A stretch of DNA of 64,000 nt, taken from positions 544,001 through 608,000 of the forward strand of contig CBDBMJ010000001.1 in the NCBI GenBank assembly GCA_965207455.1, in the 5' to 3' direction. Source of the stretch: Bdellovibrionota bacterium. Its GTDB lineage: Bacteria > Bdellovibrionota > UBA1018 > CAIPTA01 > JAALKR01. Position 1 is the stretch's first letter, and every line of letters starts with the position of its first letter. Under the pieces are notes generated by a model, which did no database searches, had not been told where the DNA came from, and saw nothing but the letters and a program-made list of their open reading frames with translations. A program made the position numbers and the translations under genes. Positions 21,819 through 31,111 of the stretch are shown piece by piece.

Positions 21819-22241
21819 TTATCTTTTTTTCTTTCTTCTAGTGGTTTTCTTTTTGGTTGTTTTTTTGGTTGTTCTTTTCTTTTTGCTCGCTTTTTTCTTA
21901 GTTTTGGTGCGAATGGATTTTTGGGAGTCTTTAATATTTTGTAGCAGTCGTTGGGCAACTTTTTCCAACTCTTTTTGTCGAATTTTTATTTGCTTTTTCA
22001 TGGTTCTTACTTCGTTGGGAAGTGCTCTTATGAAGCGGTCCAGCTCTTTATTGCGAGTTTCCACATATTTTAGAAGGCGTTTCACATCCCCATTATTTTT
22101 TAGCTGTTTTTTCAGTACTCCGGTTTTCGAGCGAGCAAAATTCTTCATTTCCTTCACTACAGCACTTTTGTCTATGCGAGTTTTCATCATCTTTTGAGCG
22201 TCTCTTACTTTTTTTAGCATTTTATTTAAATCTCTTTTCAT
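21819..22241 (-). CDS. Very basic hypothetical protein: helical body with a Lys/Thr/Arg-rich histone-H1-like tail
   Basis: Strong RBS AGGAGG; tail KTKKKASKKKRTTKKTTKKKTTRRKKKR. Confidence 0.7.
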   Translation of the reverse strand: MKRDLNKMLKKVRDAQKMMKTRIDKSAVVKEMKNFARSKTGVLKKQLKNNGDVKRLLKYVETRNKELDRFIRALPNEVRTMKKQIKIRQKELEKVAQRLLQNIKDSQKSIRTKTKKKASKKKRTTKKTTKKKTTRRKKKR

Positions 22242-22321
22242 TTTTCCTCCTAGTTTATTTATTTCTGTGTGTTCGGATACAAGAATAGTATATGCTCTAA
22301 ATTATTCTAAATACAAGGCTT

Positions 22322-24001
22322 TTAATTAAAAATTGGAATTTGTTTGGTGATGGGATATCTTCTGCCCATGCCAAAAGCCTGCTGGCTTACCCGAAGGATG
22401 GGGGCGAATTGTTTTCGTTTATATTCCGACTGCCAAAGGCGTCGCTCTATATCGCTGAGAGTGGCTTTTTTCACCTTGAGACCATCGGACTGGAGTTGAG
22501 TCCAGCACTCCTCCAGTGTTTTTTCTTGTTCAATAAGATAGTACAGCATGGAATCCAAGTCCTTATAGGGAGGGAGTGTTTGTTGGTCGGTCTGATTTGG
22601 GCTTAATTCTGCCGAAGGTGCTTTTTTTATAGTATGTTCTGGAATTCTTTCTTTGGAAAGGTTCAAATGACGAGCCAATGCATAGACCTGGGTTTTGTAT
22701 AAATCTCCGATGGGGGCCAAGGCTCCGCACATGTCTCCATAGAGGGTGGCATATCCCATGGCTAGTTCCGATTTATTTCCTGTGGCAAGCAGTAGGGATT
22801 GGAACTTATTGGCTAGGGCCATGAGCAATAGGCCCCGGGTTCGGGCCTGGATATTTTCTTCTGTTACGTCCCGGGTTCTTCCTTCAAAGTAGGGCTTAAG
22901 TGTCATCTTGATCACACTATCTAGAAATTTAATGGGAATGGTATATAGCTGTATGCCAAGATTGCTTACTAGGGCTTCCGTGTCCGTCACGCTATGGGAT
23001 GAGGAGTGGGGGCCTGGTAGAGTTACACCCAGTATATTTTCGGGGCCCACGGCATCTGCTGCTAGGGCGGCCACTACGGCAGAATCAATTCCACCGGAGA
23101 GGCCCAGGATAATTTTTTTGAATTTATTTTTTGCCATATAGTCTTGGATGCCCATGCATAGAGCTCTTTTTATTTCTTCCATTTCACTCAATGTTTCTTC
23201 TTTGCTGGGTTTAGGGCTTGTGATTTTTTTTTCCAAGTCTATGTATAGTACATCTTCCACAAATCTTTTACCTTCAATGATTGTGGTTTTATCCATGACG
23301 AATTGGTCGCCGTCGAAGATCAGTTCGTCTTGGGCTCCAGATTGGCTTACATAGAGTGTGGTTATTTGCTTGGCTCCGGATTGAATCATGCGTCTCCGAC
23401 GGTCTTTTTGACCTATACTAAAGGGAGAGGCTGAAATATTTATGGCAAAGTGGCACTTGGCTCGGACTAAGTCTGCTACAGGATTATCCACATAGAGCTT
23501 ACGATTATACTTTTCTTCTTTTTCCCAAGAATCTTCACAAATAAGCAGTCCAATTTTTTTCTCTTGAAAAAGAATGGGACCTAAAAAGTTTTGGGGCAAA
23601 TTTTTAGCAGAGGCAAAATAGCGTTGTTCATTGAAAATAGTATAATTGGGGATCAGGGTTTTTGCTCTATAGGTAATTGTTCCTCCTTGTATAAAGGCAG
23701 CGCAGTTGACTAGAGGTGGCCCGCTGTTGGTGGGATTACTCACTATGGTTCCAACCACCACGCCTAAATGTTTAAAGGGAGGTTTGTTTAGAAATGTGGC
23801 TAAATCATCGAGTTGTTTTTTTGCAAACTGAGGAAAGGAGGGGCGTAGTAATAGATCCTGTGGAGGGTATCCAATCAGGGCTAGTTCAGGGAAGACAACA
23901 AGATTGGCGTTTTGAGCTTCTTGGCAAAAATCACAGACCTTTTTTAAATTGCCAGAAAAATCTCCGACAATGGGATTAAGGGTAATGAGAGCTATTTTCA
24001 T
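22322..24001 (-). CDS. nadE: Glutamine-dependent NAD+ synthetase
   Basis: Nitrilase domain (FPEL, ICED), GLSGGIDS, ENIQAR, TGNKSE, GYATLYGD, PSAEL; true start MKIALI at 24001. Confidence 0.95.
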   Translation of the reverse strand: MKIALITLNPIVGDFSGNLKKVCDFCQEAQNANLVVFPELALIGYPPQDLLLRPSFPQFAKKQLDDLATFLNKPPFKHLGVVVGTIVSNPTNSGPPLVNCAAFIQGGTITYRAKTLIPNYTIFNEQRYFASAKNLPQNFLGPILFQEKKIGLLICEDSWEKEEKYNRKLYVDNPVADLVRAKCHFAINISASPFSIGQKDRRRRMIQSGAKQITTLYVSQSGAQDELIFDGDQFVMDKTTIIEGKRFVEDVLYIDLEKKITSPKPSKEETLSEMEEIKRALCMGIQDYMAKNKFKKIILGLSGGIDSAVVAALAADAVGPENILGVTLPGPHSSSHSVTDTEALVSNLGIQLYTIPIKFLDSVIKMTLKPYFEGRTRDVTEENIQARTRGLLLMALANKFQSLLLATGNKSELAMGYATLYGDMCGALAPIGDLYKTQVYALARHLNLSKERIPEHTIKKAPSAELSPNQTDQQTLPPYKDLDSMLYYLIEQEKTLEECWTQLQSDGLKVKKATLSDIERRLWQSEYKRKQFAPILRVSQQAFGMGRRYPITKQIPIFN

Positions 24002-24005
24002 TTCT

Positions 24006-24434
24006 CTATTTCCGTGAGATAAGCTCCTGATCGTCGAAAAAATAAGCCAACTCTCGTACAGCAGAAGTTGTGGAATCGCTACCATGAACTGCATTTGCCT
24101 CAATGCCTTCTCCAAAATCTTTTCGAATGGTGCCTGCATTGGCTTTTTCGGGGTCTGTTTCTCCCATGATTGTTCTATTTTTGTTTACAGCGTCTTCTCC
24201 ACGTAGAGCCAGTATTAGTATTGGACCACTTGTCATAAAGGTGATTAAGCTTTGAAAAAATGGACGTTCTTTGTGTTCGATATAAAAACCTTCTGCTTTT
24301 TCCTTAGGAAGATGGATCATTCGGGCTCCCACTATTTCTAAGTTATTTTCTTCGAATCGGCTTAGAATTTTGCCGATATTATTTTTCTGTACAGCATTGG
24401 GTTTAATCATTGAAAAAGTTGTTTCTATGGACAT
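24006..24434 (-). CDS. ndk: Nucleoside diphosphate kinase
   Basis: TFSMIKP, FY.EH.ERPFF, GTIR.DF, NAVHGSD; RBS AGGAG upstream of ATG 24434. Confidence 0.97.
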   Translation of the reverse strand: MSIETTFSMIKPNAVQKNNIGKILSRFEENNLEIVGARMIHLPKEKAEGFYIEHKERPFFQSLITFMTSGPILILALRGEDAVNKNRTIMGETDPEKANAGTIRKDFGEGIEANAVHGSDSTTSAVRELAYFFDDQELISRK

Positions 24435-24694
24435 AAGTATATTTCTCCTAGTTGAAATGTAAGGCATTTATGACAAAAAAAACCCACTTTGACAAGCCCG
24501 AATGGGTCATAAAAGAAGAAGAACCCGCCCCCATGCCGATTATTCTTCTGTTTTTCCCGGTATTTTGAGGTTGCTGGAAGAGCAGGAGGAGTTAATGCGC
24601 CGAGCTATTGCGGTGAAATTATAGGAGTTAAGAGCAAATGAACGTAGTCTCTTTATTTATTCTTGTTTGATATTATGCATATTGGGTTCGTAGA

Positions 24695-25651
24695 TCATCT
24701 TCCTGGGAAGCTGAATGTTCGAGAGCTGCTGCGTTTTTTCCTTTTGCTCTTGTTTTTGCTTTGGCATCTTTTCACGTTGTGGGTCATAGAGCCAATGGCA
24801 GCGATAATGAATGTAATGTCTTTTTTACCTTCCGCAGTTCTTATGGTTCCATCTGAACTAATTTTTGTTAGATTTCTTTTTCCAAGGCGAATAGCTTTTT
24901 CAAAATGCGGAATAAGATTATCTTGGTAGCACTTTGTTGATTTCCTTTTTAATCTAGCTAGTTTATCGAGGACGCCTTTCAGATTCTTTTCACAAACTTC
25001 TTCAAGACTTTTTCCTTTACTAGTTCTTATGAGCAGTTTTTTTCTCCATTGTGCTGGATTGGTTTTTTGAGGGTCATAGCTTAGGGTGCGAAAAGTACCA
25101 TTGCGACTAAAGAGTGAGAAGTAAGAGTTTTGAGAGGAAAGTACTGTGCCCTTTTTATCATGAAAAAGATTTTTTGCTATATTAAGTGCTTGGACATCAC
25201 GATAGCAAGGACGAATTGGATCATGCCCCAAGGTTTTTACGTTTGCATTTTTTGCCATTAAGCAGCTGTATTGACGAAGTATGTTTTCCCCTTTTCTAGT
25301 CTTAGCTTCAGGGATATTATTGAAACCAAAGCCATAAAAAGAAAGATTTTTTATTTTATTACATCCTCTTGATAAACTTTTGAATTTACCTTCCAAAGAA
25401 TCGGATAGGGGATAATGTTTGTTAAAAGTGTTAATATTTTTGATCCAGTAAATTTGCGAAGCATTACCACATTTTCTTCTTGCTTGAGCTATCGCTTGTT
25501 TTCCATCTTTTTGGATACGTTTGCTTACAAAGCACACATTGAGTTCTTTAGAAACACTACACTCGTTACAGACACTCTCCTCAGCTAGTGCTGGAAGGGA
25601 AGTGATGATTAGAAATAGGAGGAAGGGATGGAGAAAGAAATTATATTTCAT
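24695..25651 (-). CDS. Secreted basic, Cys-containing hypothetical protein
   Basis: Signal peptide ending ALA; 318-aa ORF overlapping the upstream gene; no recognisable family. Confidence 0.6.
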   Translation of the reverse strand: MKYNFFLHPFLLFLIITSLPALAEESVCNECSVSKELNVCFVSKRIQKDGKQAIAQARRKCGNASQIYWIKNINTFNKHYPLSDSLEGKFKSLSRGCNKIKNLSFYGFGFNNIPEAKTRKGENILRQYSCLMAKNANVKTLGHDPIRPCYRDVQALNIAKNLFHDKKGTVLSSQNSYFSLFSRNGTFRTLSYDPQKTNPAQWRKKLLIRTSKGKSLEEVCEKNLKGVLDKLARLKRKSTKCYQDNLIPHFEKAIRLGKRNLTKISSDGTIRTAEGKKDITFIIAAIGSMTHNVKRCQSKNKSKRKKRSSSRTFSFPGR

Positions 25652-26324
25652 GTCGTTTTACTAATGAACTTAGTCTCCTTTTTTGTTTTTGAGAAGTTTC
25701 ACGCTTTTTGGATATCATATAGGCACTTTGGGCTAAGCCAGTAGAGATTTCATGAATTGCGTCTACTTGTTTAAATAAAGCATTGCATTTGGGAGTGTTT
25801 ATTTTTTCTTGGCTCGAACAAGCGGCAGCCCATTTATTATAATGTTTTTGTAAAACTTCTGTTCTGATAGTGTGGTTAAGTACCAATAAGCTGTAAAATA
25901 AACGCAAGCTTGGGTCTTTTTTCATCTCTTTTTGTGTTTTCTGGACAAAGCGCCACTGTTCCCACACGTTATTTATTTGTCTCTGGCACTCCTCTTCCTG
26001 TTGTTTTCTTTCCCTACAGTTGTTATGAATTTTTTTTACTTTTGCTTGGAATTCTTGGTATATTTTTTTTGTGCCCTTGAGTAGAGCATACTTATAGAGT
26101 CTGGTACGAGAAACCTTTTCTCCCTTAAAGACGGCATTATAGGCTTGTCTGAGGGAGATTCCTGTGTCTGTGGCAATATTATTGTAAAGAGTTTGGCTCA
26201 ATGTTTTTTTTGGAGGGTTTTTTCCATGGGCTATGGGTAGGCATAAAACAATAGATAAAAAAACAATACAGAGTGAATGGGAAGAGGATGGGAGAATAGA
26301 AAACATATTACTAGTATGTGGCAT
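25641..26324 (-). CDS. Secreted helical hypothetical protein
   Basis: Signal peptide ending AHG; two C-x9-C pairs; no recognisable family. Confidence 0.6.
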   Translation of the reverse strand: MPHTSNMFSILPSSSHSLCIVFLSIVLCLPIAHGKNPPKKTLSQTLYNNIATDTGISLRQAYNAVFKGEKVSRTRLYKYALLKGTKKIYQEFQAKVKKIHNNCRERKQQEEECQRQINNVWEQWRFVQKTQKEMKKDPSLRLFYSLLVLNHTIRTEVLQKHYNKWAAACSSQEKINTPKCNALFKQVDAIHEISTGLAQSAYMISKKRETSQKQKRRLSSLVKRHEI

Positions 26325-26397
26325 GGCAGGGATTAGCGCAAAGTTTTTTAGAGCATAATTTCAATTATTTCACCCATTTTCGTGATGTTTTATCACT

Positions 26398-26436
26398 TAT
26401 CGTGTAGAGCGTATTGGTTAAAGCTTAGTATTTTTC
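26398..26436 (+). repeat. 39-bp direct repeat, left copy (upstream of higBA)
   Basis: TATCGTGTAGAGCGTATTGGTTAAAGCTTAGTATTTTTC; 36/39 identical to 27234-27272. Confidence 0.9.
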
Positions 26437-26473
26437 CTTTCTTAAAATATAGTAATCTACTATATTCTGAAAA

Positions 26474-26746
26474 ATGAATGTTATGGGTAAGGGAGCCATA
26501 GTTGCTTTCAAAAGGAAGCATGCAAATAGTGAAAAAGCACTGGATAGATGGATGAAGCTGATAGGAGAAGCTGAATTTAAGAACCCTCAAGGTATGAAAC
26601 AAGTATTTGGGAATAAAGTGGATTTTATAAGCAGACAAACTGTGTTTAACATCGGAGGTAATAAATTTCGATTGATAGCGAAAGTAAGCTTTGAAACTGT
26701 TCTTGTAACTCATATTTTGACCCACAAAGAGTATATGAATAAATAG
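26474..26746 (+). CDS. higB: HigB family mRNA interferase toxin
   Basis: VFNIGGNKFRLI, THKEY; toxin-first gene order. Confidence 0.9.
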   Translation: MNVMGKGAIVAFKRKHANSEKALDRWMKLIGEAEFKNPQGMKQVFGNKVDFISRQTVFNIGGNKFRLIAKVSFETVLVTHILTHKEYMNK

Positions 26747-26758
26747 AAGGAATAAAAC

Positions 26759-27211
26759 ATGAGTACCGCAAAGAATCTGATAAATGCATTGAAAAAAGAG
26801 GTATCCCTGCAAAAGGTAAACCCCACTTATATGGAGCTTATAAAAATATTCCCCATCCAGCCCATTACCTCAAAGAATCAATATAAAATAGCCCTCCATA
26901 CTCTGGAAAAAATTATTTCTCATATCAACGAAGAAGGAAGTTCTAATAAAGGAGTTGAAGATTATTTTGATATTTTAGTTAAATTAGTTAGTGATTATGA
27001 AAAAATTCAATTCAAACCCTCTGTAGTTAGTGGAACTGAAATGCTTTCCTATTTGATGGAACTGCAAGGACTGAATCAAAGTGACCTTTCTAGGGAACTT
27101 GGTGGGCAACCCGTGGTTTCAAAAATTTTAAAGGGAGAACGGGAATTAAATATTCGTCAAATTAAAGCTCTTGCCAAGCGATTCAAAGTTTCTCCTAAAG
27201 TGTTTCTTTAA
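26759..27211 (+). CDS. higA: HigA antitoxin (C-terminal XRE HTH)
   Basis: LV.DYE, LMELQGLNQSDL, VSKILKGERELN..QIKALA.RF.VSP. Confidence 0.9.
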   Translation: MSTAKNLINALKKEVSLQKVNPTYMELIKIFPIQPITSKNQYKIALHTLEKIISHINEEGSSNKGVEDYFDILVKLVSDYEKIQFKPSVVSGTEMLSYLMELQGLNQSDLSRELGGQPVVSKILKGERELNIRQIKALAKRFKVSPKVFL

Positions 27212-27233
27212 TTTTATTCTAAAAAATAAACTA

Positions 27234-27272
27234 TATCGTGTAGAGCGTATTGGCTAAAATTTAGTATTTTTC
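27234..27272 (+). repeat. 39-bp direct repeat, right copy (overlaps the hutF 3' end)
   Basis: TATCGTGTAGAGCGTATTGGCTAAAATTTAGTATTTTTC. Confidence 0.9.
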
Positions 27273-28615
27273 AATGCTCTTGAAAAATTAGATGCAATTT
27301 CATAGTGTTTATTTTTTGTGTGGCATTGGCCAGCCACAATGGTTGTTTGAATGGCTGTGGAGTCGCTGGAATAGAGAAAAGTGGATAATTTTCTTTGGAG
27401 TTGGGCTCCTTCAATGAGAGGAGAGTTTATTACAACAGCGTCTAAGGGTTGCCCCACTGAGAAGTATTCTGTATGGGAATTTCCCATTGCGGCTCGTCCC
27501 CAACGAATACTTTCATGAAAAGAAATATTTCCACTGTCTTCCTCTGGATGCAAACAAAATATATTTCGTTTTTCTTTTTGTAGGCGCTGGCCATAGTCTA
27601 ACCATCGGAGTTCTTCCATGGGGCTTAGGCTCACATGGCTGTCTGTTCCTATGCACCACCGTCCTCCTGCTTTCCAAAAAGGTTCCATGGCAAAGAAACC
27701 GTCGCCTAGATTTCCCTCAGTAGAGGGGCAAAGCACTACGGTGGCTTTTGCGTTTACCAAAGCTTGTATTTCTTTTTCGTTGGTATGCGTGGCATGGACG
27801 AGAAAAAAATTTTCTCCCACTTGAGTGTTTTCTAGTAACCATTCCACAGGACGTTTTCCCAGGGCTTTTGTACAATCCTCCACTTCTTTTCTTTGTTCTG
27901 CAATATGGATATGCAGGGGGATAGCCAATGAGGAAGAAAGTGAGGCAATTTCTTGCACATCTTTTGGTTTGGCTGCTCGTAGGGAGTGTATTGCCATACC
28001 CAGTTGCACGTTACTGTATCCTTGGGTCATCTTTTTTGTAGCTTCCCATAGAGAAAGATAATCTTCCACAGATTTACTTAAGAAGCGGCGTTGCTGGGAA
28101 TTTGCTGGGCTTTGAAAATTACTTTGGGAGTAAAAAACGGGAAGGAGGGTGAGGCGAATCCCTGCTCGTTGGGCTGCTCGTACTAGGCGCTCTCCCATTT
28201 CTGCGGGGTTGTTGTAGGGATTGCCGTAGGGGTCGTGGTGGAGGTAGTGAAACTCAGCCACTGAGGTATAACCGTGACGGATCATTTCTACATATAACTG
28301 AGTGGCAATAGCTTCCATGTCCTCAGGGCTAAGGCTTTCTGCTAGCCCGTACATGGACTTTCGCCAAGACCAAAAATTATTTTCCTTGTGGCTGGGATGG
28401 GCGTATTCCGTTTGCCCAGCCATTGCATACTGGAAGGCGTGAGAATGGGCGTTTTGAAAACCAGGAATGGCCCAAGCATAACGGGTTGGTTCTTGATCTT
28501 TGTTTTTTGAGGAGGATATGCGAATAATAATACCCTTGTCATCTGTTTCCACAAAAGCAGGGCTTAGCCATTGTGCTTTTTTTTGCAATAATCCCTCAAA
28601 GCGCCAATGCTTCAT
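27254..28615 (-). CDS. hutF: Formimidoylglutamate deiminase
   Basis: NAHSHAFQYAMAG, FWSWR, AEFHYLHH, HSLRA, HIHIAEQ, CPSTEGNLGDG, GTDSH. Confidence 0.93.
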   Translation of the reverse strand: MKHWRFEGLLQKKAQWLSPAFVETDDKGIIIRISSSKNKDQEPTRYAWAIPGFQNAHSHAFQYAMAGQTEYAHPSHKENNFWSWRKSMYGLAESLSPEDMEAIATQLYVEMIRHGYTSVAEFHYLHHDPYGNPYNNPAEMGERLVRAAQRAGIRLTLLPVFYSQSNFQSPANSQQRRFLSKSVEDYLSLWEATKKMTQGYSNVQLGMAIHSLRAAKPKDVQEIASLSSSLAIPLHIHIAEQRKEVEDCTKALGKRPVEWLLENTQVGENFFLVHATHTNEKEIQALVNAKATVVLCPSTEGNLGDGFFAMEPFWKAGGRWCIGTDSHVSLSPMEELRWLDYGQRLQKEKRNIFCLHPEEDSGNISFHESIRWGRAAMGNSHTEYFSVGQPLDAVVINSPLIEGAQLQRKLSTFLYSSDSTAIQTTIVAGQCHTKNKHYEIASNFSRALKNTKF

Positions 28616-29400
28616 AAATGGCCTAATGTTTTGTTGAGCTCGAAAAATAATTTTTTTAGAACGGAGCGAACCTTTTTTTCCTTAATAAGAGTACAAGAAG
28701 ACTCGTCCATATAGATACTTTGATCCATTTCCAATTGCATGGCATGAATACCTTTGCTGGGTTTTCCCATATAGCGAGTGAGGTGTCCGCCCTTAAAGGG
28801 AGTATTTATGGAAAAAGAGTAGGGAGGGGTGAGTGTGTTGGCACCAGCATCTATGAGTTTCATGCTGGACGATAGGCCATCGCAATTACTTATAGTCATT
28901 TCTGAAAAGGAAGGGATGTGGTGGGCATTGTGTGTAATGGAATGGGCATCAAAAAATAAAACAGCAGGGAACTTTTCTCGAAGCCCAGCCAATAGTGATT
29001 CTATTTTTTTATAGTACGGCCAATAGTATTTTGTTATGCGATCTTGAATTTCCTCAGGGTCGGGGGGTGAAAGGTATATGGACTCCCCAGCAAATGTTTT
29101 TGTGGGCACTAGACTGGTTTCTATTCGATTGTCTCCATAGAGGGCTTTTTGCTCATGGGAACGGTTTAAGTCGATCACATAACGACTCAAATTTGCCACT
29201 ATCATGGTAATACCCATTTGTGGTGCAAAATCATATAGCTTGTCCACAAACCAGTCTGTGTCTTCAGGATGGTGAATGTGCTTTTCCTTGTATTGTTTTT
29301 TTAAGTCGGAGGGAAAGAAGGTTCCACTATGGGGCACGCTGATGATAATGGGTAGTATTTCTGCGCTTGGTTCATAAATAGTATGGATTGGCTTAGACAT
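28612..29400 (-). CDS. hutG: N-formylglutamate amidohydrolase
   Basis: SVPHSG, DTDWFVD.LY, SRYVIDLNR, DAHSI, PFKGG.LTR, QLEM; start MSKPIH at 29400. Confidence 0.92.
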   Translation of the reverse strand: MSKPIHTIYEPSAEILPIIISVPHSGTFFPSDLKKQYKEKHIHHPEDTDWFVDKLYDFAPQMGITMIVANLSRYVIDLNRSHEQKALYGDNRIETSLVPTKTFAGESIYLSPPDPEEIQDRITKYYWPYYKKIESLLAGLREKFPAVLFFDAHSITHNAHHIPSFSEMTISNCDGLSSSMKLIDAGANTLTPPYSFSINTPFKGGHLTRYMGKPSKGIHAMQLEMDQSIYMDESSCTLIKEKKVRSVLKKLFFELNKTLGHL

Positions 29401-31111
29401 CTTGAAATGGAGGGGTAAATACTCCTTGTCCCCCAGGCTTGGCATATTCTCCGTTGGGACCAAAATTGGAAGCGATTTTCTTTAAATTGGCAATGTCCAA
29501 GGTTTCGGCATCTTTGGTTTTTTCCATAGATATTATTTGTGTTGGAGAAAATTCCACACCAAGCTTTTTCGCTAGTCGGTAGATTTCTAGAAAAATATTT
29601 TGACGTTCCACAAGTTCCACATCCCATCCTGGAACTTTTAAATAACAATAGAGCATGATTTCCAAATCTGGTCCCCTGTAGGAGTTAAACACCACATGGA
29701 AATTATCTTTTTGAGTATGGGGGTTTGCCAGTATAATATTCTTTATCCCCTCTAAAAAAGCCTCTATTTTTTCAACAGGAGTGCCGTATGAAATGCCCAA
29801 GTAGGCGAGCACTCGTCGGTAGTGTCGCAAGCCGTAGTTGTCTATATTTTCACTAGCCATTGTGGCGTTGGGCACGGTAATGAGGGAATGGTAAAAGGTG
29901 CGCACTCGCGTGGATCGAAAACCAATATCTTCTACAACACCATCCACCTTTCCCACTGCGATCCAGTCACCAACTCTAAAGGGAGCGTCTAAAACAATCA
30001 TAATGGATCCAAACAGGTTGGCGCAGGTATCCCGAGCAGCAAGTGCAAAGGCGAGTCCTCCTAAACCTAGTCCTGCCAGTACGGACACCACGTTTACTCC
30101 TAAATTCTCAAACATAACAAGGGCACCGAGAATAAGAATAAAGAAACGCAGGGAACGCTTTATAAGAGGAATGAGATGATCATCCAGTGTTGTATCCGTT
30201 TTTGCCGTAACTTTGTATAGGAAGTCGGTGAGTACATCTACGGAACTATAGATAACCAATATAATACTTACACTAAATAGAACTCTTACTATGGAGGTTA
30301 AAAAGATGAGGGCAAAGCCGTCGAAATATAAAGCATGAATCGCTAGGAAATAAAAAACAGACATTAAAACATAGCTCAATGGTTTAGTGGTGGATTGGAG
30401 GAGCTGGTGCTGCCAGTAGAAACCTTTTTTGGCAGCAATAAACGTTTGGAAGAGAGACACGGAATACTGGAAAATACTTCGCACAACTAAACCCAGAAAG
30501 ATGGCACATAGAAGACCCGCCCACTGCCAATTGGGCAGAAGAAAAAACTCAGCCTTAGTCCAACTGGGTAGTAAGGAAGTGAAGTAAGGTTCTTTATAGA
30601 GAGCGCCATGACCCGAAGCCTTTTTATAGGGTAGTTTCTTTACTTTATTATAAAACTCCTTTGCCCGGTTCGCAGTGTTTTTTGTAAAAAGGTATTTGCC
30701 CTTTTCTTCTCCCTTACTCACAAGAGCAATAGCAATTTCCGTATTTTTTATCGTCCAAGTGGGAGATCCACTTTTTATCTTTAAGGGAATCTCATTGTAG
30801 TCAATGACTGTGATTCGATCGATGACTTCCTTGAGGAAGATAGCTGCTTCCTTTCCCTCCACATAACGAGATATGCTGGAAAAACGACTTAAATCTAGGG
30901 TTTGAATGGCTTTATTTATATTTGCAGTAAGATTGTCGTCTTTTTTTTCTATGCCTTTTTTATAATTATTCATAGCGTCCATAAAGGTGCGCATGGTTTC
31001 CCTGGGAGAATCCACCCGTATGGGTTCCAGAGGATTGGTGGCAGTGAGTGCGGGATAGGAATAAAAGAGAAAGAAAAAAGAGAGGATCTGTATGGTACTT
31101 ATTTTATTCAT
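29393..31111 (-). CDS. MscS family mechanosensitive channel with periplasmic N-terminal domain
   Basis: SPRET periplasmic motif, LAGLGLGGLAFALAA, PFRVGDWI, VEDIGFRST, VPN. Confidence 0.92.
   Translation of the reverse strand: MNKISTIQILSFFFLFYSYPALTATNPLEPIRVDSPRETMRTFMDAMNNYKKGIEKKDDNLTANINKAIQTLDLSRFSSISRYVEGKEAAIFLKEVIDRITVIDYNEIPLKIKSGSPTWTIKNTEIAIALVSKGEEKGKYLFTKNTANRAKEFYNKVKKLPYKKASGHGALYKEPYFTSLLPSWTKAEFFLLPNWQWAGLLCAIFLGLVVRSIFQYSVSLFQTFIAAKKGFYWQHQLLQSTTKPLSYVLMSVFYFLAIHALYFDGFALIFLTSIVRVLFSVSIILVIYSSVDVLTDFLYKVTAKTDTTLDDHLIPLIKRSLRFFILILGALVMFENLGVNVVSVLAGLGLGGLAFALAARDTCANLFGSIMIVLDAPFRVGDWIAVGKVDGVVEDIGFRSTRVRTFYHSLITVPNATMASENIDNYGLRHYRRVLAYLGISYGTPVEKIEAFLEGIKNIILANPHTQKDNFHVVFNSYRGPDLEIMLYCYLKVPGWDVELVERQNIFLEIYRLAKKLGVEFSPTQIISMEKTKDAETLDIANLKKIASNFGPNGEYAKPGGQGVFTPPFQDV

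Noticed and set aside
24002..24139. N-terminal extension of nadE given by the ORF track (likewise hemW from 18584 and hutG from 29463)
   Set aside because: The extensions overlap neighbouring genes and precede the family-typical start.
24502..24624. 40-aa ORF MGHKRRRTRPHAD...AVKL between ndk and the secreted orphans
   Set aside because: No RBS, no recognisable homology and no paralog; cannot be supported.
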